Shown: positions 37,927 to 49,348 of the stretch, one piece after another
Numbering within the stretch: the stretch's first letter is position 1
Layout of the letters: each line of letters begins with the position of its first letter
NCBI GenBank assembly: GCA_009103225.1
Contig: RHPI01000193.1
Coordinates: 492,650 to 556,649, forward strand
DNA length: 64,000 nt
Direction: 5' to 3'
Source of the DNA: Chlorokybus atmophyticus
Taxonomy: Eukaryota; Plantae; Mesostigma and Chlorokybus algae
Program-made: the position numbers and the translations under genes
Notes under the pieces: model-generated
Seen by the model: the letters and a program-made list of their open reading frames with translations, nothing else
The model's database searches: none
Told to the model about the DNA's origin: nothing

Positions 37927-40067
37927 ATGGCGCGGCGGCAGGCGTCTCTGGGGTCGTTCTACCAGGTACCTAAGCGGGTGTGCGTGCGCCAGGAGAAGCT
38001 CTCTGCCATAGCAGGCGGCGGCGAGGTGGAGGAGGAGGGCATTGCCAGGCATGTGAAGGATGTGGTAGATGAATGCAATGTGAGTGGTCTTACAGTTGAG
38101 CAGAAGCAACGAGCAGAGAAGAACCGCCTGGCTGCTGCAGCACGATGCTGCCAGCGAAAAGCGGAGCAGGTGGCTGCTGAAGCCGCAGGCAAGCTCAAAG
38201 AGTGCAATTTCTGTTATTTCTGTTGTTGTTGTTGTAAATGTTGTGTGTGATATAGCAATAGCAGCTATGCAAACACATCTGTGGTAGCAGTTGAAATTCC
38301 AACTGTTTAACTAGTGTACTGCATGCACTGGTAATGAATGCAGCAGCATAGTGCTGCTGCATTCATAAACTGTGCTTCATACCCTCCAATGCTATTCGTA
38401 CATAATGTGTCATAACGTTTGCATGGACAATGACCTGTGCAACCAGCGCTTTGCACTGGTGGTGAGCTCTACTATCAGAACAATTATTACGTGCATGCAC
38501 AGTTGCCTCCAATGCACCACAGACATGTAGTGGTCCACTACAGCTTATAAACGATAGTATGAATTAAATGAGAACTGCAATGCACTGCGTCATTGGCGCA
38601 ACTGCTGCTTCACACAGAGAACTAATCAAGTTGATACCATAGCACAGTGCAGCGGTGCAGCTTTGCATTCAAGTCAATGCTATTACCTTGCCCGTATGTG
38701 TCTGTGTGTATGTGTGCATGCGTGCGTGGGCATGTGTGGGCATGTGGGCGCGCGCGTGTACACACGTGCATGCATGTGCGTGTATGGAGCATCGAGCCGA
38801 CCCCACACCATAGGGACTTGTGCTTCAACTCGACACGTGCATGTATCGGATCTGCATTGCCCATTGACACTGTCATTGTTGCTCCAGAGAGGGGGAAGTA
38901 CCCTGAGCTCCAGCTGCTGCTGACTGAACGCTCGTGGCGTGAAGCCCTGGCCGACCAGTTCACACGACCCTACTGGACCAACCTGCAGGTGTGACAAGTG
39001 GGGTCCTTGACAGACCTGAGCCTCTGCGTCGATAGCATGCGCTTGACATAGTCATGCACACACACTCACACACACGTGTGCACGAATGCGCACACATGCA
39101 CATGCACACACGCACACTCCCACTCACCCACTCTCTCCTCCCCGCAGTCTTTCCTCCACCAAGAGCACTCCTCTTCCCTCCCCGTCTTCCCCCCTCCCCC
39201 CCTCCTCTTCCACTCCCTCAACCTCGCCCCTCTCCCTTCCATCAAAGTCGTCGTCCTCGGCCAGGACCCGTACCACTCGCCCGGCCAGGCCATGGGGTTG
39301 TCATTCAGCGTGCCGGAAGGGGTCAGGGTGCCGAGCAGTTTGGGCAATGTGTTCAAGGAGATGGAAGGGGATTTGGAGGGGTGGGCGAGGCCGAAGAGCG
39401 GGGATCTGACCAAGTGGGCGGCGGAGGTGAGGGGGATGCATGCGGGTGTGGAAGGTGTTTGAGTACACGTGTGCGTGTGGGTGTGGGCGTGGGTGTATGT
39501 GCACGCGTGCGCATGGGCGTGCATGTGTATGTGCATGTGTGCATGCTCGAGCATGTGCGCATGTGTACTTGCGTGCTAGTGTGTGTGCATTCTATGCACG
39601 CATCGATTCACAGCTACATGTGTGTACTGATACCCACAATCTGCTGTGTTTACTGCAGGGTGTGCTCCTGCTCAACGCCGTGTTGACAGGTACGCTAGGA
39701 TAGATTGATTGCAAGTGTACATGCACATGCAAACACATGCACAACCCATCTATGTCAACGCATGTACACACGCAAGCTTAAGCGCATATGTGTACACGTG
39801 CACACATGAGAACATGTGCACGTGAGAACATGCATGCGCACAACTCTGCTTGCACGCACACATATTGCCACAAGTACCAACAGCCTATTGTTGCTAATCC
39901 AACACTATTCACTCCATCCGCAGTGCAAGCCCACCAGGCGAACTCGCACGCGAAGAGGGGTTGGGAGCACTTCACCGACGCGGTGATTAGGACGCTCGCG
40001 ACGCAGAGGGAGGGCATCGCGTTCCTGCTGTGGGGACAGGCGGCACAACAGAAAGCAAAGTGAGGAC

Positions 40068-40118
<51 letters not shown>

Positions 40119-40491
40119 AGTGCGTTAAGCACGCACGGACATGTGTGTGGTGTCCGCGCGTGCGGGCGGGTATGTTTGCCCGTGTGTGCGCGTGCGCATG
40201 TGTGCGCGTATGGATTGAGGGGCTAGTACCAGTGGCCTCATCGTGGTCGCAATGTGTGGCACAATCGCAGGATTGTTGACGAGAAGAAGCATCTGGTGCT
40301 CCGATCGGCGCACCCGTCCGGTTTATCGGCCAATCGCGGCTTCTTCGGTTGCAGGTACTGACACAACAACTTTGCTTGTCTCAGCATGTGGTGTTGACTT
40401 GACGGAAGATGTCTGTCCATGCAGACACTTTTCCAAGGTGAATGCGCATCTGGTTGCGCGGGGACTCGAGCCCATCAATTGGCAGCTATAG
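37927..40491 (+). CDS. UNG: Uracil-DNA glycosylase (family 1)
   Basis: [96 protein letters not shown]. Confidence 0.97.
40069..40110. repeat. (TG)21 microsatellite in a UNG intron
   Basis: Uninterrupted TG run that continues as CGCGCATG. Confidence 0.95.
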
Positions 40492-40897
40492 CGCACATAC
40501 ACGCACGCATGCACGCACGCTTCCTTTCCCATGCAATTTACAATTGTACATACGAGTGAGTACGAGCGACAGACAGCTGAGCTGCAACACAATTGTGTAC
40601 CGATAAATAAGCGAATTCCATCTGCATGCATTAGGCAAGAAGACTCTTGTATTTACAGGCTTTTGCTACCACAACAAGAGCAGCAACACCAGTGACAAAA
40701 GTAACTGAACAACAACAAACTCAACACACTACAACATCAGAATGTAGCAAAACGTGTATAGAAGTACACAATACACATGCATGTCCTGCATTTGATGTAC
40801 ACAGCTTATTTACCCCCCCATCCAAAAGTTACCCAACTCTCCCACTCCTCCACTCTCCAACTCTCCCACTCACCCTACTAGTCCCCACCCAAACCCG

Positions 40898-42563
40898 TCA
40901 TCTAGTATCATGCGCATTGTCATGCGCGTTGTTATGTTCCTTGTGATGTGCGATGTGGTGGGCATTGTGGTGTCCGTTGTTGTGTGCATGCGATGCCACA
41001 TCGGTGTCGACCCTCCTCTTGGCCATGGCTTCGGCGATCTGCCGCGACGAGCGTCGGCAGCAGTTGAGGTGGGTCTTCTCGGCGGCGATGAAGAAGGAGG
41101 CAACGCCGGCTGGGAAGGGGGGCAGAGAAAAGGGTGAGAAGTGGGTGGGTGGTGAAAGGGGAAGGTGTGGGGAGGGATGATGTTGTGGGAGGAATGATGC
41201 TGTGATGTGAGGCTTGGGTGGGTGTGGATTGTGGTTTGTGTGTGGGTGTTGCATGCAGTATTGCGTGTGGTGCTGTGTCTTTGTCGTGGTGTGGAGTGGT
41301 GGTCTAGTGTGGTATGGTGTGGAGTAGACGAGTGGTGTGGTGACATGGGTGCGGCGCGGTGGACTCTGGTGGTGTTATACGGCATGGTATGGTACACAGT
41401 GTCGAATGTCGAATGCAGATTGGAGTGTCCACACGCGCAGTTGTGCATGCGCATGCGTACACACGCATGCACAACCGTGCTATGTGCGCAGACATGTGTG
41501 GTAACGTGTGTGTTTGGGCTTGTGCATATGCGCATGGCTGTAACTGATGAGTGTGCGTGTGCGTGTGCACATGCGCACGCTGGTGTGTACGTGCACATAC
41601 GTGCACATGCTGGTGTGCTTGAGTACGCGTGCGCGTGCGTGTAAGCGTGATGTAATCACAAGCGCTGCATGCATCCTTCAGTGCCACTGCACGCCCACAA
41701 ACCCTCCACACTCTCACCAGACGAGACCAGGAACGTTCGCCCCGGAATCGACACGCTCCGTCTAAACCATGGCGACAGCCGTACGGCCCCAGCCAGCGCC
41801 GCGCCCGAAGCCGCAAGCCACACCGCCGCGTTTGTTGCGCCGGCCTTCAGCGCCTCTGAAATTGAATGGATGAGGGATTGAGTGAGTGAGTGACTGAGTG
41901 AAGCAGTGACCGAGTCATTAGTTGGATAGGTGAACGAGTAAAAGATTCGAGGAATGGTTCAGTGACTGAGTGCATGAGTGAATAAGCGGATGAATGTATG
42001 CACCGTTGATTGGATAGTGTATTTTGTGTAGAACAGCATGCAACATCAATTGTTAAAAAAGAAAGTTCACTTAGACTCAGAGTGTGGGGCAGCATACTAC
42101 TTACCGGTACACAATTCTCCTCGAATATCTTAGGCCCAACACAACTAGCTTAGGTAACTAGGAAGTAGACCATCCGTTGTCCGCTTGTATCCAATCCAAC
42201 CACTTGCATGCGTGTAAACGTGCGTGCGAAGCATGCAAAACAGTGCCCGCCACAAACCCTGGTGGAAACCAAAAGATGACATGTGCACCTGGACTGTGGC
42301 TCGTCGGCTTACTTTACTGTCAAAACTGGTCGACCGGTCATTCTCACAGCAAGCCCTGACTGAGTGAGGAACCCAGCCTCATGCTTGAACCAACGGATGA
42401 TCACACATGCAAGTACTAAAGTTGAAACGTTCTGTTTACAAGTGCTTGTATTTCACCCTCACTCTCTCACTCAATTTCTCTCTCTCTCTCTCCCCTTACC
42501 TGAGCGGCACCGCACAGCAGCCTCATAATTGGCCGCCGCCGCCTCCTCCGCCGACACCGACAT
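40898..42563 (-). CDS. ENOD93: ENOD93 / HIG1-related small mitochondrial membrane protein with a His/Asn-rich C-terminal tail
   Basis: Three in-phase exons: MSVSAEEAAAANYEAAVRCRS|EALKAGATNAAVWLAASGAALAGAVRLSPWFRRSVSIPGRTFLVSS|AGVASFFIAAEKTHLNCCRRSS. Parallels ENOD93 'RCS.EG..AG....PW......ALIIS..G...FI.ADKT.L'. The start could lie further upstream. Confidence 0.72.
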
Positions 42564-43549
42564 GGACCACCCACCCCGCAACACCCCTTCGGCGGCGTCC
42601 ACGAAGAACAACACCCACCACACCAACAACGAGGACGAGGGCGAGGGCGAGGACGCCGACCACAGTGTGTGAACTGAATGTGTTGTTTGCTTTGTGATTC
42701 ACATAGCACTTACGGCAATTTACCCGCACTCGAGTGATTGATGACTCATGAATCATGAGTCAGTGATCAAAGCTCGCCAACTGGGTTGCATTTTCCTGGC
42801 ACAGGACAATGCCGCCTCTTCCTCGCTGTGGTTGCTGGTATGGACGAGGTAGGCGGCGGTGGGCGCACTTGGGTGCGGGGTTTGAGGGCATTGTCGTAGC
42901 TAGCTGATGCTGTGAGCGACGTCAGTGAGGAGAGGGGGAATTGCGGGGGAGCGCCCGGCAACTCGCTGCCGCCTGAGGTCGCCATCCCCTGCCTGGTGAG
43001 CCATAACCTTCTGCTGCGTTAGCAAGCGCAGCGAGCTTGCTTTTGCAACAACTCGCTTCTCGGTTTTACAACCATCAGTAGTAGTCACAGCCGGCCGGCA
43101 AGGCAGTAAGGTTCGGTGCTTGACTAAGCAGCTTTGTTTGCACAGCTGGGGGTTTTTTTCGGGACGCTGTTGTTGGGTGTTGTGCGCTAGGTTACACGCA
43201 GCACTTAGCGTAAAGGCGTTGTCGCTGACGGAGCCTTTGTGTGGTACCCCCTTGCGAACCACTGGGTTGTTATGGTTATCACGACACGAGATTGTCACAA
43301 TGTCTTTGTGCTGGCAAGCATGTAGCCTGAATTGCCTTGATCCTCTGTATGTTGGTCCCCTCGCTAGTTTGTTCGGGTTCTACTCGGGTTTTGTCCCCTG
43401 CTTTATCGGTTACGGTTGGCATGCAGAAGCGTGTTGTACGCATGCAGCACGCTCGCCAGCCCATTCACTGATCTTTTTGAAACAAGGTCGGCAATCTTGC
43501 ACAAGACACAAAAACATAGGCATGCGTATGGTCTCTGACAGTTTTCGAA

Positions 43550-45240
43550 CTACAGTCGCATGAGTTATGCATTTTTCATGCGCATCTGTGAACAAGGCTG
43601 GCTTGCTCGCCCCAATGTGGCTTAGTGCTGCAGTGCTTGTCCTTTGCATGTTGCGGTCGCAGTTTTGTTGGTTTAGAAGTTGGAACTGATATCTCTGTAG
43701 GCAAAAGGATTGTCTCACACCAAGCTCTTCACCACCGCTCATCACTTCTGCATGCCACAGTACAGATGATGCTAGCAGTCCCCTCCTGACGGATGCTCCG
43801 AAAGCAGCATGCAAGGTCGTTGGCCTAAGGTCATTGGCATAGGCATGGCCAATGACATACGGTTCATTGGCGGTGGATATGACATGCCTGCAGACGGCAT
43901 CTACGGCAACGGCCCAAGTAAGTTGACAGTACTTGTTTGTCAGTGATAGCTGAGTACCCAAATTGTACATATTGCAGATGTGCTGGATGTCTACTTTCAA
44001 CCGATCAGGAGCCAGTGTCATCAGTGCAGCGTGTGACCATAAGATTTCGGAACAGATACCATTCCGTGTATATGAGGCGCACTGCGGCTGTGGCAATTCT
44101 AGTGGATGACGCTAACCAACAGACAAGTAAGCATCTTGATGCACGACGTTGAAGCATCCCTGTGCTTGGCACCTGCTAGCATTGCAATGGTCTCGGTTGA
44201 CACTGTGGGATTCAGGGTAACTTGATTACATCAGGGCATCTAGGCCAACGCTATACAGCCATCCATTCCGTGAGGACGGAAATCCTTCTTTTGACATGTA
44301 AGTATTTTCACTGCCTGTTCGCTGTTGTAATGCACCTGCCCAGTATGCATCATGGTGTGCCTGTCCTCGTGCATGTGTGAGAGTAGCTGTGCTTCCTGCA
44401 TAGGTACTTTACACGGCGCCACAGATTTCACTACGTTAGCGACTGTCGCTTGCCAGTGGAGCAACAGTGATACCTCCCACCGGTGCGGGTGCAGTACTGC
44501 TGTGCTGCGTAATGATGGTGAAGCAGTGTGGTTTGCATCAATATGCAATTGCTCACCCCGCATGGCAGGTTATGTGCCTAGGAAACCCTGGCCACCATTT
44601 CCTCTGCTGAAAAGGCTTTCAATTATTAGGAATGGCTACGTCTTCTACAAAGATGCCTACAAACCTGTTCAAGTTCAAGGCAATGTACCCTGGTTTGCGT
44701 ATTGCGATGCGGGCTGCGTCGATCGCCCTCTGGAAGTGTTGACACAGGAGGAGTTAGAAGACAACTATTGGGATATTCTTGGCAGAAGGCCCCAACGACA
44801 TAGGTGCCAACATAAGCACTATTATCATTTGCTGTAGGCATGGCTGACGTCACATGCTAGCGAAACCTTGTATGCCCAAAGTTTGACCTACTGGGCTTGT
44901 TTGCAGCTTGTAACCAACAACTGATGCCGGCAGATGAGCAGACTTGTTGGCAGCCACTAAGCAGGCCATAGCTGCGGGCGTTCTCATTCAGTATGCCAAG
45001 CGCTGCACAGGTTGGTCCATGAAAACTGCAGTGCATGTGCACATGGTTTGTTGTATATTAGTCATCAATGGTGGAAGCGAGGTTGACACTACTTGTTGTA
45101 GTGTTTTGGTCTTTCACACCAAAACTGTTGTCACGGCCATGGTTTCCTGCTGGCAAGTGGCTTATAGCATGGCTTTCAGGGCAAGAGGTGAAGGACAAGA
45201 CGGCAGCACGTTAGAGGCTCCTCTCAATAGCACATCGTGA
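43550..45240 (+). CDS. Candidate spliced gene of unknown function (boundaries and frames uncertain)
   Basis: Strong AA|GTAAGT/GTAAGC donors near 43917 and 44127, and AT|GTAAGT near 44297. Protein-like blocks VTIRFRNRYHSVYMRRTAAVAILVDD and YVPRKPWPPFPLLKRLSIIRNGYVFYKDAYKPVQVQGNVPWFAYCDAGCVDRPLEVLTQEELEDNYWDILG. No full model could be closed. Confidence 0.4.
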
Positions 45241-45570
45241 CCTCACAATCCATGTCACCTGCTTTAGATAGAAGGAAGGAGTATTACCTCCTTTATGACA
45301 CTCTATAGCAATAGATTGACGTACTACACAAAACTGTTGATGTACGCTGCAGCATTGCAGGTGCATCCTACTCCTACAATGCCTACATTTATGAGAATAT
45401 ACCACTTTGCTAATAGGCCACAAGAAAGCTGCGCCTACCCTTGATCTACCAAGGTTCCACCCTAAGTTGCATCCTCATCTTCTGGACCTGTCCCCAGCAG
45501 CATAGGTACTCACTGCAACCACGAATGCAGCTCCAAAGGTAGCTATGACGCGTGTAATACTCATCGACAC

Positions 45571-48500
45571 TTACAAGCGCAATGCTCTCCGACCCAAAAC
45601 CACCTGCTCAATGACGGCTACACTCTCCTGATTGTCATCAACATGAACTAACTCCCCATCAAAGCTCTTGCCATAAAAGGCAGGGTGCTGCTCAGAGAAG
45701 AAATAGATCTGCGTGTATGCACTGCGAATGGCATATCGGTCTCCCGTCGGCTGTGGCTGCCAGTTGTAAATGAGGTACTTCTCCACCTCAGCCTCGCTCG
45801 CGAACTTGTTGCCGCTGTATTTGCATTCGGAGACGAAGAAACGGCCCAATGCACCAGACAACTGGAGAGCCTGTCAACAGAATACGTACTTAGAGCATCA
45901 GCATGTCAAGCACATTAAAAAAGACAAAGACTCAAACCAAAGCCACCTACATGCATCTGTATGTATGCACAATTCCGTTGCACACACCTCTGCTTGTTAC
46001 CAAGTAGGTACGCAGATATGCATGCGTGCGCGCAGGAGTGCGTGTCAGCATGCACGCGCTAAGACACTACTCATGCACGCGCAGAAGTGCGGACACGCAC
46101 GGTTGCGCGCATGCAAGAATGGTGCACAGCATGACAGGAGCTAGACCATCCGCAAAACGACCAGCAAGTCTCATACTGTAGCCTGTGTGGCATGATAAAA
46201 TACGAACACAAACATCTCTCCTTGACGCTTACAAGTGCAATGTAGACAGCATATGTGAAACATGAATAAACACGTACTGCCGATGTATGATCAATCCTCA
46301 TCTTGGGGCTCCACTCCCAAGGCGCCTTCTCAGGGTGCCACTGCGATCCATATAATGGCAACTCCGAGCCCTCCACTGTAGACACAAACGGCCGCCCATT
46401 GCGATCCCGATCAACAGAGAGGACCTGTTGTGTTTGTGAGTGTCAGCAGTGGTTGCAGCGCTATTTGGAAATCTGTTGTAATGCATTCCTACACCAGGGC
46501 CTGCTGTTTAATGCAGCATGTGTGCATATGAGTGTCGGATTTTGTCAATCTATACATCTGTATGCAATTGTTTATGTACAGCGACTGCACGCCAAGGCAC
46601 ATACCTTCAGGTAGTTGGCAGCGTTGGAAGCACTAAACCTCTCTGGATCAAATCCAAGGCCATGGTTGTTGAAAGCAAGATGAGATAGGGGAGAAGACAC
46701 CTGTTGAGAAAATTGTTCAATTCTAGTGTCAACGTGTGTGAAGGTGCATATGATTGTTGATGCAACGAGGCTTACTTCACGGAAGAGTTCATCAGGAAGC
46801 TCAGAGAACAATCGAGACTCCCAACCATCAATGGTAAAGTTCAACGAGATGTCCAGGTTCTCTGCGTCATACTCGTCTAGTAGCGTTGCGTTCACGTCAT
46901 GCGCTGTGTGTCACAAGAGCTTTTGACAACAAGTTTCAACAATCTCGCAGTCTCTGCTTTGTTGTGTTGTTGTTTGCAAGTTTTACAACTGCACTGCAGT
47001 CGCATACACTGAGTGTGTGCGTGTGATGAGCTCCACTAAGTGCTATTTACAACCGCATGAAGGCATGATAACAATGCCGAGTTGACGGCCACACTTTTCA
47101 TAATTGTCTGCCTCACACTCCATGCACTTTGCGCGTGCGACTGTTCACACTGCATGCAATGCTCTTACCCAGCCACTGCACGGTGCGCTCGAACCCAAGG
47201 CACGTGCCCCAGAGAGGGAAATAGTCCCCATTCATGCTGGACTCCACCACATGCCGCAAGATGTGACTGGTAGTCCTGAGGTAGTGAGCGCCTGTCGGGT
47301 CCTCATAGGATGGGTTGAACTCCACTAACCCACCGGTGAAGAAGACGCCATTCACCCTGTTGTGCAAATTGAAACATATCAATCGAATGCGTGCTCGTGC
47401 ATGTGTGTGTTCATCACATGGATGCACCGTTTACACACAAGTGTGTGTGTACACCTGTGTGTCTGTATACTGTGTGTAAGTTCAGATCATAAACCCAAGC
47501 GAAGCATCCATTTGTACCTGGCTAGCAAGTAGTCCAGCTGCTCAGGGCTGGAGTTGTAGAAAATAGGCACCACACGGGCGCCGCCAGCTTCAAGCCAGCG
47601 CACATAAGACACGGCAAAAGAGTGGGTGCCGTACTTCAGCTGTGGTTGACACAGAAGCACGAGTCAGCACCTGAAATAGAAATCATTCCACGCAAGAAAG
47701 AACAATTAGTAGGTTCAAGTGGAGTACTAGACTTGCAGTAAACAAGTACATTATTAACACAGAAGCACGAGTCAGCACCTGAATTAAACCATTGCACGCA
47801 AGAAATAAAGATTAGTAGGTTCAAGTTGAGTACCAGACTTGCAGTAAACAAGTACATCACAAGGGTCAGGGAAATTGAACCAAAGTAAACCAGTTGCTAA
47901 CGCTAGAGCTCAAGCTGCTTCGCATAACCACGAGTAGAGAGGTTAGTTGCTCCCAATGTTTACATGACATTAGCTGCCTCCAGTATGCGTAAAGGGAGAA
48001 AAGCCTATGCTCAGTTCAGACCAAACGGTTTCACGTAACTTTTGACAGGTGCTTCAAGCTCTACTCTGCATGTGGCAGTAAGAACTAGAACTATGTGAAA
48101 CAAGGAAGTGTCTACTGCTTTTCAGTTGCACTGTGAGCTTGCAAGTGTGTGTACCTGAGATGGCACTGTCACTGGCAATGTGATCACCCCAATCACCGGT
48201 TTTTGCGTCTTCATCTCCTGTACACAACATCTTGGTATAAGCAGCTTGCAAGCATGAAGTTGCGGGCACAATGCAAGCGCTCGACTCGAGTAGTGAAGTC
48301 CAGACGAGTCTAGTCTAGTGTAGTGGAAGCAGCAGCAGCTTGCATGCATGTGACAGCTGCTGCATGACAGCGTGTAAGCATGCACAAGCTTGCACAACGC
48401 AAGCGCTAGACTCCAACAGTGAAGTCCAGTCAGTAAGTCTAGCCTAGTCCAGTCTAGTCTACACACAATTTGCATGTGACAGCTGCTGCATGACAGCTTT

Positions 48501-48698
48501 TATGCAGCTGTGCTGCTAAGCAACAACAGTTCGTGCTGTTGCAAGTCATCACAAGGTAAAACGAAGCTGCCAGGCTGACCGCGTCAGGCTGGGCCAACAG
48601 CCCCATGTACTCACCTCGGGCCGGTAGTACGCCCACGCCGGGGCGGCGAGCAGCAGCAGCGCCAGAAGCATGCCGCAGCTGCATGACAGCGACGCCAT
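45571..48698 (-). CDS. GGH: Gamma-glutamyl hydrolase (peptidase C26) with a signal peptide
   Basis: Signal peptide MASLSCSCGMLLALLLLAAPAWA, KPVIGVIT, SYVRWLEAGGARVVPI, VNGVFFTGG, FPLWGTCLGFE (catalytic Cys), FNNHG, YGSQWHPEK (catalytic His), LIYNWQP, YTQIYFF. Confidence 0.95.
47648..47858. repeat. Two-copy tandem duplication (about 110 bp) in a GGH intron
   Basis: ACACAGAAGCACGAGTCAGCACCTGAA...ATTAGTAGGTTCAAGT.GAGTAC.AGACTTGCAGTAAACAAGTACAT occurs twice head to tail. Confidence 0.9.
48265..48498. repeat. Diverged two-copy tandem duplication (about 125 bp period) in GGH intron 1
   Basis: GCACAA.GCAAGCGCT.GACTC..AGTGAAGTCCAG...TGCATGTGACAGCTGCTGCATGACAGC is repeated twice. Confidence 0.8.
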
Positions 48699-49348
48699 CG
48701 CTGACCACACCGACAACGCAACGCACCCCGAAAAGACTCTAAATTACCACCCAACGACACCCACACCGCCACCAGCGCAGCCGCCGCCGCCGCCTGAAGT
48801 GGAATCTACTCTCAGTCTGTCACTGTGTTTGCACTGCTGTTTGGCAACAACTTGCTGAAAGCCCGTAAAGGAATCCTTGGTATCTCTCAACTCGCTTTAG
48901 TGTCTAGTGACAGGTAACAGAGTATCTGCTCACTCGACTCTGCGTTAGCATTGGCCCAGAATCAGGTAGTATTGCAGCACAGTAACTGGCAAGAAAGGCA
49001 AGATACTGGTAAGGCGGCGCCGAAATACCGTACCGAACGCCTGTCTCAGTTGCCAACTTGGCAGTGCCGAGTTGGCACACTTGACCCGTCGACGTGGCGA
49101 AAAGGCCTTTTTGCAGTATAGCAGGCAGTCACGGGCGCCGCTATAAGGGCATCATGCCTATAACGAAGGACAGAATGGTCGTGGTATGGCAAGGGGGTCT
49201 TGGAACCTCGGTAAGGGCATGTCCAATTAAATGGGTTTGGTACTTCTCATCTCTGTGCAACTACGCAAGAAGTCTGCTTAGAGCCTTGTACGTCATAAAC
49301 TGCCGCCGTCGCCTGGCTGGCGCACGTGGCGCCGCCGTCTGGCGCCGA

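Noticed and set aside
43410-44096. 228-aa intronless minus-strand ORF
   Set aside because: No recognisable motif, and strong splice signals here lie on the + strand; treated as probable antisense shadow.
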